IMG/VR virus record: IMGVR_UViG_3300021560_000010
Span: 1-43,279 of that record
Direction: 5' to 3' (one strand)
Origin: a virus
Lineage: Duplodnaviria; Caudoviricetes
Length of the DNA: 43,279 nucleotides
The position numbers and the translations under genes are program-made. The notes beneath the pieces were generated by a model. That model made no database searches. It was given only the letters and a program-made list of their open reading frames with translations, and was not told the origin of the DNA. The first letter of the stretch is position 1, and every line of letters begins with the position of its first letter. Positions 8,610 through 16,559 of this stretch are shown piece by piece.

Positions 8610-8862
8610 CCTACGTGGCAAAGGTTTGAGTCAGTGATGGCCCCAAGCCGAGAACAACACCATACCAAAAAACAGACCCAGGAAAAAAGAGGGCAAAACC
8701 CAGACCAACCGATCCAGGTAAACGCGCATAGTCTCCGTCCGTCGTTTGTAAGATTCGAGCTCGAGGTTGGCTTTGAATTCTTTAAGCATTAGCTCGACTT
8801 CTCTTTTATCTTCTTCGTTCATTTGCCTCCCAGGACCTACGTGGCAAAGGTTTGAGTCAGTG
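8610..8862. repeat. 27-bp perfect direct repeat (8610-8636 and 8836-8862)
   Basis: CCTACGTGGCAAAGGTTTGAGTCAGTG occurs twice. Confidence 0.95.
8631..8822 (-). CDS. Small single-TM membrane protein
   Basis: 63 aa with hydrophobic C-terminus LVWVLPSFFLGLFFGMVLF; GGAGG RBS upstream. Confidence 0.7.
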   Translation of the reverse strand: MNEEDKREVELMLKEFKANLELESYKRRTETMRVYLDRLVWVLPSFFLGLFFGMVLFSAWGHH

Positions 8863-9580
8863 TTTCTTCTAGTTCCGGATGCTCACGAGTAGCCCATTGA
8901 ATTGCAATCTGAACTTGCCGAGAATCTAGCTCTGCCAACCGAATCAACTCACTGATCTCTAGTTCCAGCGTTTTGCTTTCGTGAAGTCTCCACACGTAAC
9001 TGACAAGCCGATCACGCAGACGCACGACGGGATTATCGTTTTTGTCTTCGGTTGCAATGCCTTTTTCTTTGAGCTCAACCTGCACTTCTGGCGGAGGCGA
9101 TACGGGAATGGCCCGCTGAGCTTTTTGATCAGTTGCCCCGTTCTGTGTTACTTTCCTGCTTTCAATCTCAATGATTCTATCGCCGCGACGCTTGTGACGC
9201 TGGCCCTCGTGCTCGTCGCGCTCCTGAATCATTGCAATGGCCTCACCAATCGTGGGTATACTCTCTTCCAAAATCTTCGGAGATTTTGATTCTATCCTGG
9301 CTTCCAGAAACTGCCGATTAGCTGCTAACCGCATGTATCGGCCAATGGCCGCGCTCGCGATATGCGGAAAGTTCTCATCTAACCAATGATTCCAAGTGTG
9401 ACCGCTTCCACGAGCAAACTTCAGCCTTTTCTGCGCCTCGATAAACCACTCGCCTAATTCGATTGCACTCCAGAAGACCTTACGCATGCCAAGGCCGATC
9501 GCTCGATACTTGGCGTTAATCTGATCAATCTCGCTTTGCCGGATCAGGGCACCACGAGCGCCTTCACCTAATGCTTTCAT
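8837..9580 (-). CDS. DUF3102-like protein
   Basis: AIELGEWFIEAQKRL...WNHWLDENF...RYMRLA; likely start ATG 9580. Confidence 0.7.
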   Translation of the reverse strand: MKALGEGARGALIRQSEIDQINAKYRAIGLGMRKVFWSAIELGEWFIEAQKRLKFARGSGHTWNHWLDENFPHIASAAIGRYMRLAANRQFLEARIESKSPKILEESIPTIGEAIAMIQERDEHEGQRHKRRGDRIIEIESRKVTQNGATDQKAQRAIPVSPPPEVQVELKEKGIATEDKNDNPVVRLRDRLVSYVWRLHESKTLELEISELIRLAELDSRQVQIAIQWATREHPELEETLTQTFAT

Positions 9581-9953
9581 CGCATCCTCACCCTGGTTTT
9601 GCGAATGACCTCCAAGCCCTCGAATGAATGAGGGTAGATGGTTTCGCCGTTTTTGATACGCCGCTTGATCTCGCGATTGAACCAAACTTCATTGACCGAC
9701 ACCTCAACCGCCGCTTCGGGCCACTTCGCCGCCGCCTTGCCTCGATTGATAATGATAGCTTCCCAGTATTCTTCAGTTGCCATGCCTTTCTGTGACTTCG
9801 CTCCGGCTTCTCGAGCTTTTTTCTCCAACTGCTCTGCTTCAACCGACGCCTTCCGTTTTTCGCGCGAATCCTTGCTGTCCTTGGCAACTTTGCGTTTTTC
9901 CTCAGCCTGCCTTGTGAGGTTTTCCTGCTCTCTGCGCGATGCGGACCGTATAC
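9577..9953 (-). pseudogene. Coiled-coil phage protein, apparently 5'-truncated
   Basis: Frame is open from about 9953 (RREQENLTRQAEEKRK...GLEVIRKTRVRMR) with no ATG/GTG near its 5' end. Confidence 0.45.
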
Positions 9954-10060
9954 ATCATTTTTATTGCTCTGTCACGGTTTAAAATGCTGAAAGAAAAACC
10001 ACATGGCCCAAATGATGACGCTGGTCGCGACAAACTGGGCCCCAACGATCCACCACCGGA

Positions 10061-10198
10061 TCATTTGCCTCCCAGGATTCTGAAAAAGTGCTTCAGGGCG
10101 AACGTCGCGTCAGAGAGAATTTCGCCCCAAGTTTTAAACCGCTTTACCCCCATTTCCCGCTTGGCTTGGTCCCAAGCATCTTTTATCCAGTTGCTCAT
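10061..10198 (-). CDS. Small hypothetical protein
   Basis: MSNWIKDAWDQAKREMG...; ATGA overlap with the upstream gene. Confidence 0.5.
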   Translation of the reverse strand: MSNWIKDAWDQAKREMGVKRFKTWGEILSDATFALKHFFRILGGK

Positions 10199-10383
10199 GG
10201 TCTGAATTGTCCGAGTCCCAATGGGTGTGTCGCATGCGCAAAGATCACACAAAGGATTATCAGCCCGAGCCAGAACCACCAACGGCTCACAAGATAAAGG
10301 CCCGAATACAGCAGGGTTATGAGGACAAAGGGTGCCAGACAAATAGCGACCATAATCCCCAAGATCCAAAAGATCGTAATCAT
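10195..10383 (-). CDS. Small two-TM membrane protein
   Basis: MITIFWILGIMVAICLAPF...WWFWLGLIILCVIF; GGAGG upstream. Confidence 0.7.
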   Translation of the reverse strand: MITIFWILGIMVAICLAPFVLITLLYSGLYLVSRWWFWLGLIILCVIFAHATHPLGLGQFRP

Positions 10384-10502
10384 TTTCTTTTCCCTCCCTT
10401 CTTGGATTTGAAGGGGCGTGTTGACCATTTTTTAGAGGCGATGCCCCGTTTCGCGAGCGCCTTTTCAATTCGCTTTTTTTCTTCAGCTTGTGATAATTTC
10501 AT
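10380..10502 (-). CDS. Basic 40-aa peptide
   Basis: MKLSQAEEKKRIEKALAKRGIASKKWSTRPFKSKKGGKRK; ATGA-coupled to the next gene. Confidence 0.5.
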   Translation of the reverse strand: MKLSQAEEKKRIEKALAKRGIASKKWSTRPFKSKKGGKRK

Positions 10503-10550
10503 TTCGTGTAGAGAAGTGTGTTGGCATATTAGGGCCCGCCGGATCCTTGG

Positions 10551-10763
10551 CTAAGCCGACGGGCTTCTCTTTTGTTTTATATTCTCCTTCTGAATTTTGC
10601 GCGCCTCCGACAGAAGGTCGGCCAGCTCCGAAAAGCCTTTCTTCTTTGCGTGCCACTCGAGTTTCAAGAGCCGTTCGTAATCAAGGATTGCGAGGAGCTC
10701 GGCTAAACGCTGTTGCGCAAAGTCGCGGTCGAAGATAAGTTTGTCGTATTCGTTGTTTGGCAT
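10551..10763 (-). CDS. Hypothetical helical protein, possibly DNA-binding
   Basis: 70-aa ORF near the start of the leftward operon. Confidence 0.6.
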   Translation of the reverse strand: MPNNEYDKLIFDRDFAQQRLAELLAILDYERLLKLEWHAKKKGFSELADLLSEARKIQKENIKQKRSPSA

Positions 10764-10817
10764 GAGTTGTTTTTTCCTTGGACCGGTGTCTCGGGTTGGC
10801 CGAGCACCGGCCGTTTT

Positions 10818-10976
10818 TCATATACTCAAATCGGGTTGGAGGCGTTTCCAATCGTGATAATTTGCGACCCGGAACTTGAATTTGTTACCGGTTTCAAGAG
10901 AGGTCACGATGACGGCTTGGGTCGCGTCACGGACCCAAGACCATTTCCAGTGTTTAGCTGGGTTGCGTTTTTTCAT
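10818..10976 (-). CDS. Small hypothetical protein (52 aa)
   Basis: MKKRNPAKHWKWSWVRD...; follows an A-rich leader. Confidence 0.55.
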   Translation of the reverse strand: MKKRNPAKHWKWSWVRDATQAVIVTSLETGNKFKFRVANYHDWKRLQPDLSI

Positions 10977-11043
10977 TTTTAATTGTTTGTTTTTCTGTTT
11001 TTAAATACTTGCGAAATAAAAAGGTAATAGCTACCTCTGGGCG

Positions 11044-11229
11044 ATGCCTTCTCCTGAATTGATTCTGATCGGCTGGAGCCTCGCGCTGCTACTCTGGACG
11101 CTGGCCCTGGCGTTCCAGCAAACCGCGCTGAACGTCTACCAGCGAAAGATCCAGGCCGAACGTCAACGCTGGCTCGATCGCCAGGAAGCGCAGAAACGGC
11201 AACGGGTCTGGGAAAGCAGGAATTCATGA
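11044..11229 (+). CDS. Small membrane-anchored protein
   Basis: N-terminal TM LILIGWSLALLLWTLALAF followed by a charged coil. Confidence 0.6.
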   Translation: MPSPELILIGWSLALLLWTLALAFQQTALNVYQRKIQAERQRWLDRQEAQKRQRVWESRNS

Positions 11230-11304
11230 AACAGTCTTCTCCATGTCGTGGCCTAGATATTCGCGAGTTGTTATTGGCATGCCTCTAATTAACGGCCGTT
11301 CCGC

Positions 11305-11333
11305 TTGCAAATCAACATAAAAATGTGTACATA
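11305..11333 (+). promoter_or_regulatory. Sigma70-like, probably leaderless promoter
   Basis: TTGCAA-N17-TACATA, 5 nt before ATG 11339. Confidence 0.45.
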
Positions 11334-11338
11334 TCGGC

Positions 11339-11509
11339 ATGCAAAAATCTCTTCCGACACCTAGACGGCAAGCGATGACTTTCCGCATCCTGCCTGAAAT
11401 CCGCACCATGCTGCGCGAAGCGGCATTGAAAGAAGATATCTCGATGGGCCGCTATATAGAAAAGGCGCTGCTCGGTCAGATCTCCAAGGACGAACGCTTG
11501 AGAAAATAG
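11339..11509 (+). CDS. Ribbon-helix-helix (Arc/CopG-like) regulator, 56 aa
   Basis: MQKSLPTPRRQAMTFRILPEIRTMLREAALKEDISMGRYIEKAL; below the ORF-track length cut-off. Confidence 0.75.
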   Translation: MQKSLPTPRRQAMTFRILPEIRTMLREAALKEDISMGRYIEKALLGQISKDERLRK

Positions 11510-11521
11510 CTCGCAACTGGC

Positions 11522-12157
11522 ATGATCCATGCCGTGGACTCTAAAGCGCCACGGCAAACCGTTCCCAAGCGGACGACAAAGCTGGACGTCCTTCGCTCTA
11601 AACACGTGTCGTTGGAGGATTACGCGGCGACGTTGCGCCGGCGTTGGGACGAGGAAAAACACGAGAAGCTCGACTTCCTCTCTAAGGATCCGGACTCCAA
11701 ACCGATCATCGACACGGCGACGAGTTTTCTCGCTCAAGGCATGTCGCCAGACAAGGTCGCCGAGATCACGCTGCTCGAGCCCGAGCTCCTGCGCCAGATC
11801 CGCGACAAGAACGCTGAAGCCATCGCCTCGATTCGGCTGGCGATTGCACGGAACCTCGCCGAATCAGCGCAGATTCTTTCGGAACAACTGGTTGAGAAGG
11901 CGCGCGATCTGCCCGTCCACCGAATCGCCCAATCCTTGGGCGTGGTGATTGACAAGTACCAGCTTCTCTCCGGAGGAGTCACCGCGCGACTGGAACACCG
12001 CAACGTTCCGACGGTCGAAGATTTAGAAAAAATGTTTGCCGCATTGCCGCGAGCAGACGCGACTGAAGTAGTGCAACCAGAAGAGCAAACCAATGGCAAC
12101 GAGCTGCGACGAGATCCAAGTGGATCTGAGCCGGACCGATTACACGATCCAAATTGA
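11522..12157 (+). CDS. HTH protein, terminase small subunit candidate
   Basis: HTH GMSPDKVAEIT, helical core, and C-terminal GVVIDKYQLLSGGVTARLEH as in many TerS proteins. Confidence 0.55.
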   Translation: MIHAVDSKAPRQTVPKRTTKLDVLRSKHVSLEDYAATLRRRWDEEKHEKLDFLSKDPDSKPIIDTATSFLAQGMSPDKVAEITLLEPELLRQIRDKNAEAIASIRLAIARNLAESAQILSEQLVEKARDLPVHRIAQSLGVVIDKYQLLSGGVTARLEHRNVPTVEDLEKMFAALPRADATEVVQPEEQTNGNELRRDPSGSEPDRLHDPN

Positions 12158-14675
12158 GAGCGTGCCTCCGATTAATGTCGAGTGGACAACCGCCGACATT
12201 GTTATCGAGGCCTCAACTCTCGCGAACCAAGGGCCGAAGGGAGAGAAAGGCGATAAAGGTGACCAGGGCATCCAGGGCAATACCGGAGCAGTCGGAGCCA
12301 GTGGCGCTGCCGGCGCAGCCGCAACCATAGCCGTTGGCTCAACAACAACCGGAGTCCCAGGTTCGAGCGCTGCGGTTTCCAATACTGGCAACGCCAATGC
12401 CGCCGTCTTTAACTTCACCATTCCCAGAGGCGATGTGGGAGCTACCGGAGGCACCGGAGCGCAAGGCAACCCGGGCAGCGCCGCTACGATCGCAGTCGGC
12501 CTAACCAATACCTTAGCACCCGGTTCCAATGCGACCGTCTCAAATTCTGGGACTTCGAGTGCGGCGGTTTTTAACTTTGGAATTCCATCAGGCAATACCG
12601 GCGCTACTGGCAGCACGGGAGCACAAGGCAATACCGGAGCCGCGGGCGCTGCGGCGACGATCGCAGTCGGCACGACGAACACGCTCAGTCCTGGCAGCAG
12701 CGCGACCGTCACAAATTCTGGCACCTCGAGCGCCGCGATCTTTTCCTTTGGTATTCCGCAAGGCTTAACAGGAGCGCAAGGGCCGACCGGCCCGCCCGGG
12801 GGCGCGTCTGCGAACACCACACTTACCGCCCTCTATACGATGCCGGCGATCGGATCGACGGCGGTTGCGAGTGTAGCCAATTCAGGAGTCTTCTCGGTTG
12901 GCGGGATGGTCTATATCAGCCCGATTGGTTACCTGCAGATTACCGCCTTGGCGACGAATCAACTGACACTCAAAAATCCTGGGTACACCCAAAACCAAGC
13001 GAGCGGTAGCACGGCGGCGAACGGGGCGTCGGTTGGCGGAGTGGGACCTCCAGGGCCAACGGCGGTTTCGACAGACGCCGGCAACACGGCAAAGCTTGGC
13101 ACCGACAACCAGATTCTAGTGCCTGGGCCCGTGAGCGGCAACGCCAGCGGCACGCAAGTAGTGATTGCCACTGACACGCGGCTCTCCAACACGCGCACGC
13201 CCACGGCGCACGCCACTACTCACATTACCGCTGGCACTGACATTATCCCGGCACCGACCACGACGGCCTCAGGACTCGTGCCGGCGCTCCCAGCCAGCGG
13301 CGGAGCCGCGAGATTTCTGGACGGCACTGGGGCGTTTAACCAAGTGGCCTATGGGAATGTGACGGGCACTCCGACAAGCCTCGCTCCGACCGCGCATGCG
13401 AGCACTCATCTTACGGCCGGCTCCGATCCGATCGCATTGGCTACGACAGTTCTGGCGGGCTTGTGTCCCGCCGTCGATAACACCACGATCCAAATTGTTA
13501 CGAGCAAACTTTCCGCGGTCGCTTTGGCCTGGACGGCAATCACCGGCAAACCGACGACATTCGCTCCCAGCGCACACGCGTCGACCCATGTCACCGGAGG
13601 CGGCGACGTGCTGCCGGCTCCCACAACCACAGCTTCCGGAGTTGTGCCCGTTCTTCCGGCTAGCGGAGGTGCCGCACGGTTTTTGGATGGGACTGGAGCC
13701 TTTAACCAAGTCGCATACGCCAATGTGACCGGCACGCCGAGCTCGATGACGCCAACCGCGCACGCCACTACTCACAAAAGCGGAGGCTCAGACGCAATCG
13801 CACTGGATACCTTAGCGGTGCCGACCGATATCACTACCCTCAACGTCAGTACAACCGCACACGGACTCTGCCCGAAAGCGCCTAACGTTGCCAGCCAAGT
13901 GTTGTTAGGCACAGGCGTCTTCGGCACGCTGGCTAACGCTAGTACGAGCGGAGCAGGGTTACTGGCTACGGTCAGCGGCAACACTACCGACTATGTGACC
14001 GGAGCTAATACGACTGCTAATTTAGCAACTGCTGTTAACAACCTGCATGTAGGGCGTTACTATGGCACCGACACGACTAACTCGACCGCCTACGCGGTCA
14101 CGGTCGCGAATGATTTTTCCCTGACTGCCGGCGTGGTTGTCTGGGTGACTCCCACTAACAGTTGCAACGCCAGCCCCACGTTGAACGTGAACTCGACCGG
14201 CGCAAAAGCGATTGTTAACCGGGCGAACGTCGCGCTTAACCAGTTCGAGATAATGCCCCAGACTTTTGGCGTCATGTACGATGGCGCTAGCTGGCGCGTC
14301 ATCAGTCCCATCGGACGCTTTGCTAACGTTATAAATCCAGGTGGCGGCTGGACGGTGGAATGCGCAGGCTTTGATTGGATAGACGCCTACCTGACATGGA
14401 GCGTTAGCGGTTCTACCACTATAATGCTAAATCATGTCGGGTACGGAGTGCCCATCAACTTGGTCGTCTACAACCAGTACAGTGCTGCGCTTGTTTACGC
14501 CTTGACCGCAACCAGCCCGACAGGAGCAGCCGCAACCGCTTACGGTATTTTGCCTAGCAGTTTTGGCGGATCGGCTCTGACGAATCTGGGAGGCGGCGGC
14601 GTGTCGGTGCCCAGCGGCTATGGAGTGGTGTTGCGGGGTAGCCTGAATGCTTCGGGCACGATTATGATGATCTAG
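12093..14675 (+). CDS. Tail fibre with collagen-like and internal repeats
   Basis: G-X-Y runs, three GAAATIAVG...AA(V/I)F(N/S)FxIP units, and repeated P(T/S)AHA(T/S)TH units. Confidence 0.85.
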   Translation: MATSCDEIQVDLSRTDYTIQIESVPPINVEWTTADIVIEASTLANQGPKGEKGDKGDQGIQGNTGAVGASGAAGAAATIAVGSTTTGVPGSSAAVSNTGNANAAVFNFTIPRGDVGATGGTGAQGNPGSAATIAVGLTNTLAPGSNATVSNSGTSSAAVFNFGIPSGNTGATGSTGAQGNTGAAGAAATIAVGTTNTLSPGSSATVTNSGTSSAAIFSFGIPQGLTGAQGPTGPPGGASANTTLTALYTMPAIGSTAVASVANSGVFSVGGMVYISPIGYLQITALATNQLTLKNPGYTQNQASGSTAANGASVGGVGPPGPTAVSTDAGNTAKLGTDNQILVPGPVSGNASGTQVVIATDTRLSNTRTPTAHATTHITAGTDIIPAPTTTASGLVPALPASGGAARFLDGTGAFNQVAYGNVTGTPTSLAPTAHASTHLTAGSDPIALATTVLAGLCPAVDNTTIQIVTSKLSAVALAWTAITGKPTTFAPSAHASTHVTGGGDVLPAPTTTASGVVPVLPASGGAARFLDGTGAFNQVAYANVTGTPSSMTPTAHATTHKSGGSDAIALDTLAVPTDITTLNVSTTAHGLCPKAPNVASQVLLGTGVFGTLANASTSGAGLLATVSGNTTDYVTGANTTANLATAVNNLHVGRYYGTDTTNSTAYAVTVANDFSLTAGVVVWVTPTNSCNASPTLNVNSTGAKAIVNRANVALNQFEIMPQTFGVMYDGASWRVISPIGRFANVINPGGGWTVECAGFDWIDAYLTWSVSGSTTIMLNHVGYGVPINLVVYNQYSAALVYALTATSPTGAAATAYGILPSSFGGSALTNLGGGGVSVPSGYGVVLRGSLNASGTIMMI

Positions 14676-14676
14676 G

Positions 14677-14853
14677 CTAACGAACCGCGTGGATCAGCGG
14701 GATAAGCAGAAAGACGAGCGCCAAAACTACCACGACCACGCAAACGACAAGAACGACCCGCATGATCGGGGCGGGTGCGAATTGGGCTAAGACATAGTAC
14801 AATAAAGAGACGATCAGTACTAGAACGAGCCACTGGATAAGCGCGGTGATCAT
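14677..14853 (-). CDS. Two-TM small membrane protein, holin candidate
   Basis: MITALIQWLVLVLIVSLLYYVLAQFAPAPIMRVVLVVCVVVVVLALVFLLIPLIHAVR. Confidence 0.65.
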   Translation of the reverse strand: MITALIQWLVLVLIVSLLYYVLAQFAPAPIMRVVLVVCVVVVVLALVFLLIPLIHAVR

Positions 14854-15005
14854 TTCTTATCACCAGGGTCAATGCTCCCGAAACTCCCGACGATCGGTGC
14901 CTCGTGCGCCTTCACATCAGTGACCATGGCGGTAGTCTTAATCTGACGCTCTTCGATGCGCTCGAGCAGGTAAAGAATCCGATCCAACTTCTCGTCACTA
15001 GTCAT
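14850..15005 (-). CDS. Small hypothetical protein (51 aa)
   Basis: MTSDEKLDRILYLLERIEERQ...; ATGA-coupled. Confidence 0.55.
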   Translation of the reverse strand: MTSDEKLDRILYLLERIEERQIKTTAMVTDVKAHEAPIVGSFGSIDPGDKK

Positions 15006-15056
15006 AAAGAATGCCCCGATATACGCCTCGGGGCCAGGGCGGATGAACGATTATTG

Positions 15057-15551
15057 TCAGCGTGAAGGAGTCGGAACCGGCGTTCCCTCTTTGGGCACAA
15101 TCGCTACGCCCCAACCGGTCTCTGGCGTCCAAAATGTCTTAGCCTCCCATCCGATAATGGGCTCAGGCCTGGGCTGATCAGGCGGCAAGGGATGGCCCGC
15201 GACTGGCGGGTAACCGCTCCCAGGCGGCAAGTCGATGCCCGGTGGTCCCCAAATTGGGAAGGTTGGAACGCCGGGTTGCCCTCCGCCAGGAGGTTGTTGC
15301 GGCGGAATAATTGGCCCTCCGCCCACCGTCGGCGGATACCCCGGTTTGTCAGGAAAATCGATGCCCGGAGGCCCAGAAATGGGAAAACTTGGAGTCCCCG
15401 GAGGTCCCGCCGGAGGGGACTCGGGAAAGATCGGTCCTCCGCCAACGGTCAGATTCGAATACCCGGCGATGCCGACGATTGTGACCGGCGTGCCCGCGCC
15501 GCTTTTGCCATGATACAGTAGACCGGAGATAACAACTTCAGATGCTGCCAT
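15057..15551 (-). CDS. Pro/Gly-rich repeat protein
   Basis: Two PG(T/V)P(S/T)FPI(S/W)GPPGID(F/L)P..GYPP units. Confidence 0.75.
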   Translation of the reverse strand: MAASEVVISGLLYHGKSGAGTPVTIVGIAGYSNLTVGGGPIFPESPPAGPPGTPSFPISGPPGIDFPDKPGYPPTVGGGPIIPPQQPPGGGQPGVPTFPIWGPPGIDLPPGSGYPPVAGHPLPPDQPRPEPIIGWEAKTFWTPETGWGVAIVPKEGTPVPTPSR

Positions 15552-15588
15552 TGATTTCTTCCTTCCTTGTTTCTTGTTGATCGGTTGT

Positions 15589-16074
15589 CTAATACCTCGC
15601 CGAGATCGGCTGAGTGATTGTCAGTGTCCCAGAGAGAAGTGGACTCACCACGCCGCTGGCTGATTTCAAGCGCACCTGCATTACGTAGGCGATCGTCTGC
15701 ATCGTAGTGGTTGTGGCAGCGGGTATGACCAGATAGGTGATCCCTTGAGTTGGCGTCGTCGTTTCGGACCAATCAATTTGCACCGTCGTCGGATCACTGT
15801 CGGAATGGTTCACGTCGATCTTCGCGGTGAATTGGAAGGTCGAACCCGTCACGTCCACCGGCCCGGGAATCCCAGTAATGGGATCATCGACGGTCAAGAC
15901 CATCTTGGTTTTAAGCGTGGCACCTTGTTCGCACGCCAACGCCGCCGTGTTCTTACACGAAGTACTGCTACCGGTGCTAGTCGAAGTCGAGCTCGTCGTG
16001 ACCGCCGTCTGAGTCTGTTGCTGCAGATATTTCGGGAACGGAGGTGGACCCGGAGCTGCGAAGCCCAAGCTCAT
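15589..16074 (-). CDS. BppU-N-like virion/fibre adaptor protein
   Basis: EQGAT...PVDVTGSTFQF...YVMQV...LLSGTLTI beta-sandwich pattern. Confidence 0.6.
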   Translation of the reverse strand: MSLGFAAPGPPPFPKYLQQQTQTAVTTSSTSTSTGSSTSCKNTAALACEQGATLKTKMVLTVDDPITGIPGPVDVTGSTFQFTAKIDVNHSDSDPTTVQIDWSETTTPTQGITYLVIPAATTTTMQTIAYVMQVRLKSASGVVSPLLSGTLTITQPISARY

Positions 16075-16559
16075 GTTTGTTGATCCTGATCCGTAGAAGG
16101 TTGCGTGGTGGATTGCTGCTGCGTTGAGCCAAGATTATACCGGCTGGCAAATCGGTCGAGCATCATTTCCCTGAAAAGGAGCATATCATCAACGCCAACG
16201 CCCAGGCCCTGCGCCATTTGCATCATATCAGGATCATTTCGTAATGCATCGAGCTGCGGCCCCGGCGTGTTTTGCATCGCTGCAATGTAAGTGTCGGTAT
16301 CAGCACTGTCATCCGGGCTTACTTGTTGGGACTGCGGAACGCTGAAAGTTTTTAACTGCGCTTGGCGTTCCCGTTCCCAGCGAGTTTTCCAGTCTTCGCC
16401 CGTATCCCGTGGATCAGTCCATCCTTGTTGTTTAAGCCGGAGCTGCTGCGGGATAGAGAGGCTTTTATACATGTCAGGCGTAATAACCTTGCTACCTTGC
16501 GGAGTGGTAGTGCTGACCCTTGAAGAAGATTTTCGTGTCGGCATATCTGTTCTTATCAT
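16071..16559 (-). CDS. Hypothetical protein
   Basis: 162-aa ORF in the late operon. Confidence 0.6.
   Translation of the reverse strand: MIRTDMPTRKSSSRVSTTTPQGSKVITPDMYKSLSIPQQLRLKQQGWTDPRDTGEDWKTRWERERQAQLKTFSVPQSQQVSPDDSADTDTYIAAMQNTPGPQLDALRNDPDMMQMAQGLGVGVDDMLLFREMMLDRFASRYNLGSTQQQSTTQPSTDQDQQT

Noticed and set aside
8540-8612. P1/P4 c4-type antisense RNA
   Set aside because: Only GCCGCAAAA resembles it; target repeats and an icd/ant context were not found.
12230-13800. Tandem DNA repeats as a CRISPR array or DGR template
   Set aside because: They are degenerate in-frame protein repeats, with no fixed repeat-spacer period and no reverse transcriptase in the genome.
14672-14872. 66-aa track ORF
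   Set aside because: Two better ATGA-coupled ORFs (14677-14853 and 14850-15005) cover this space.
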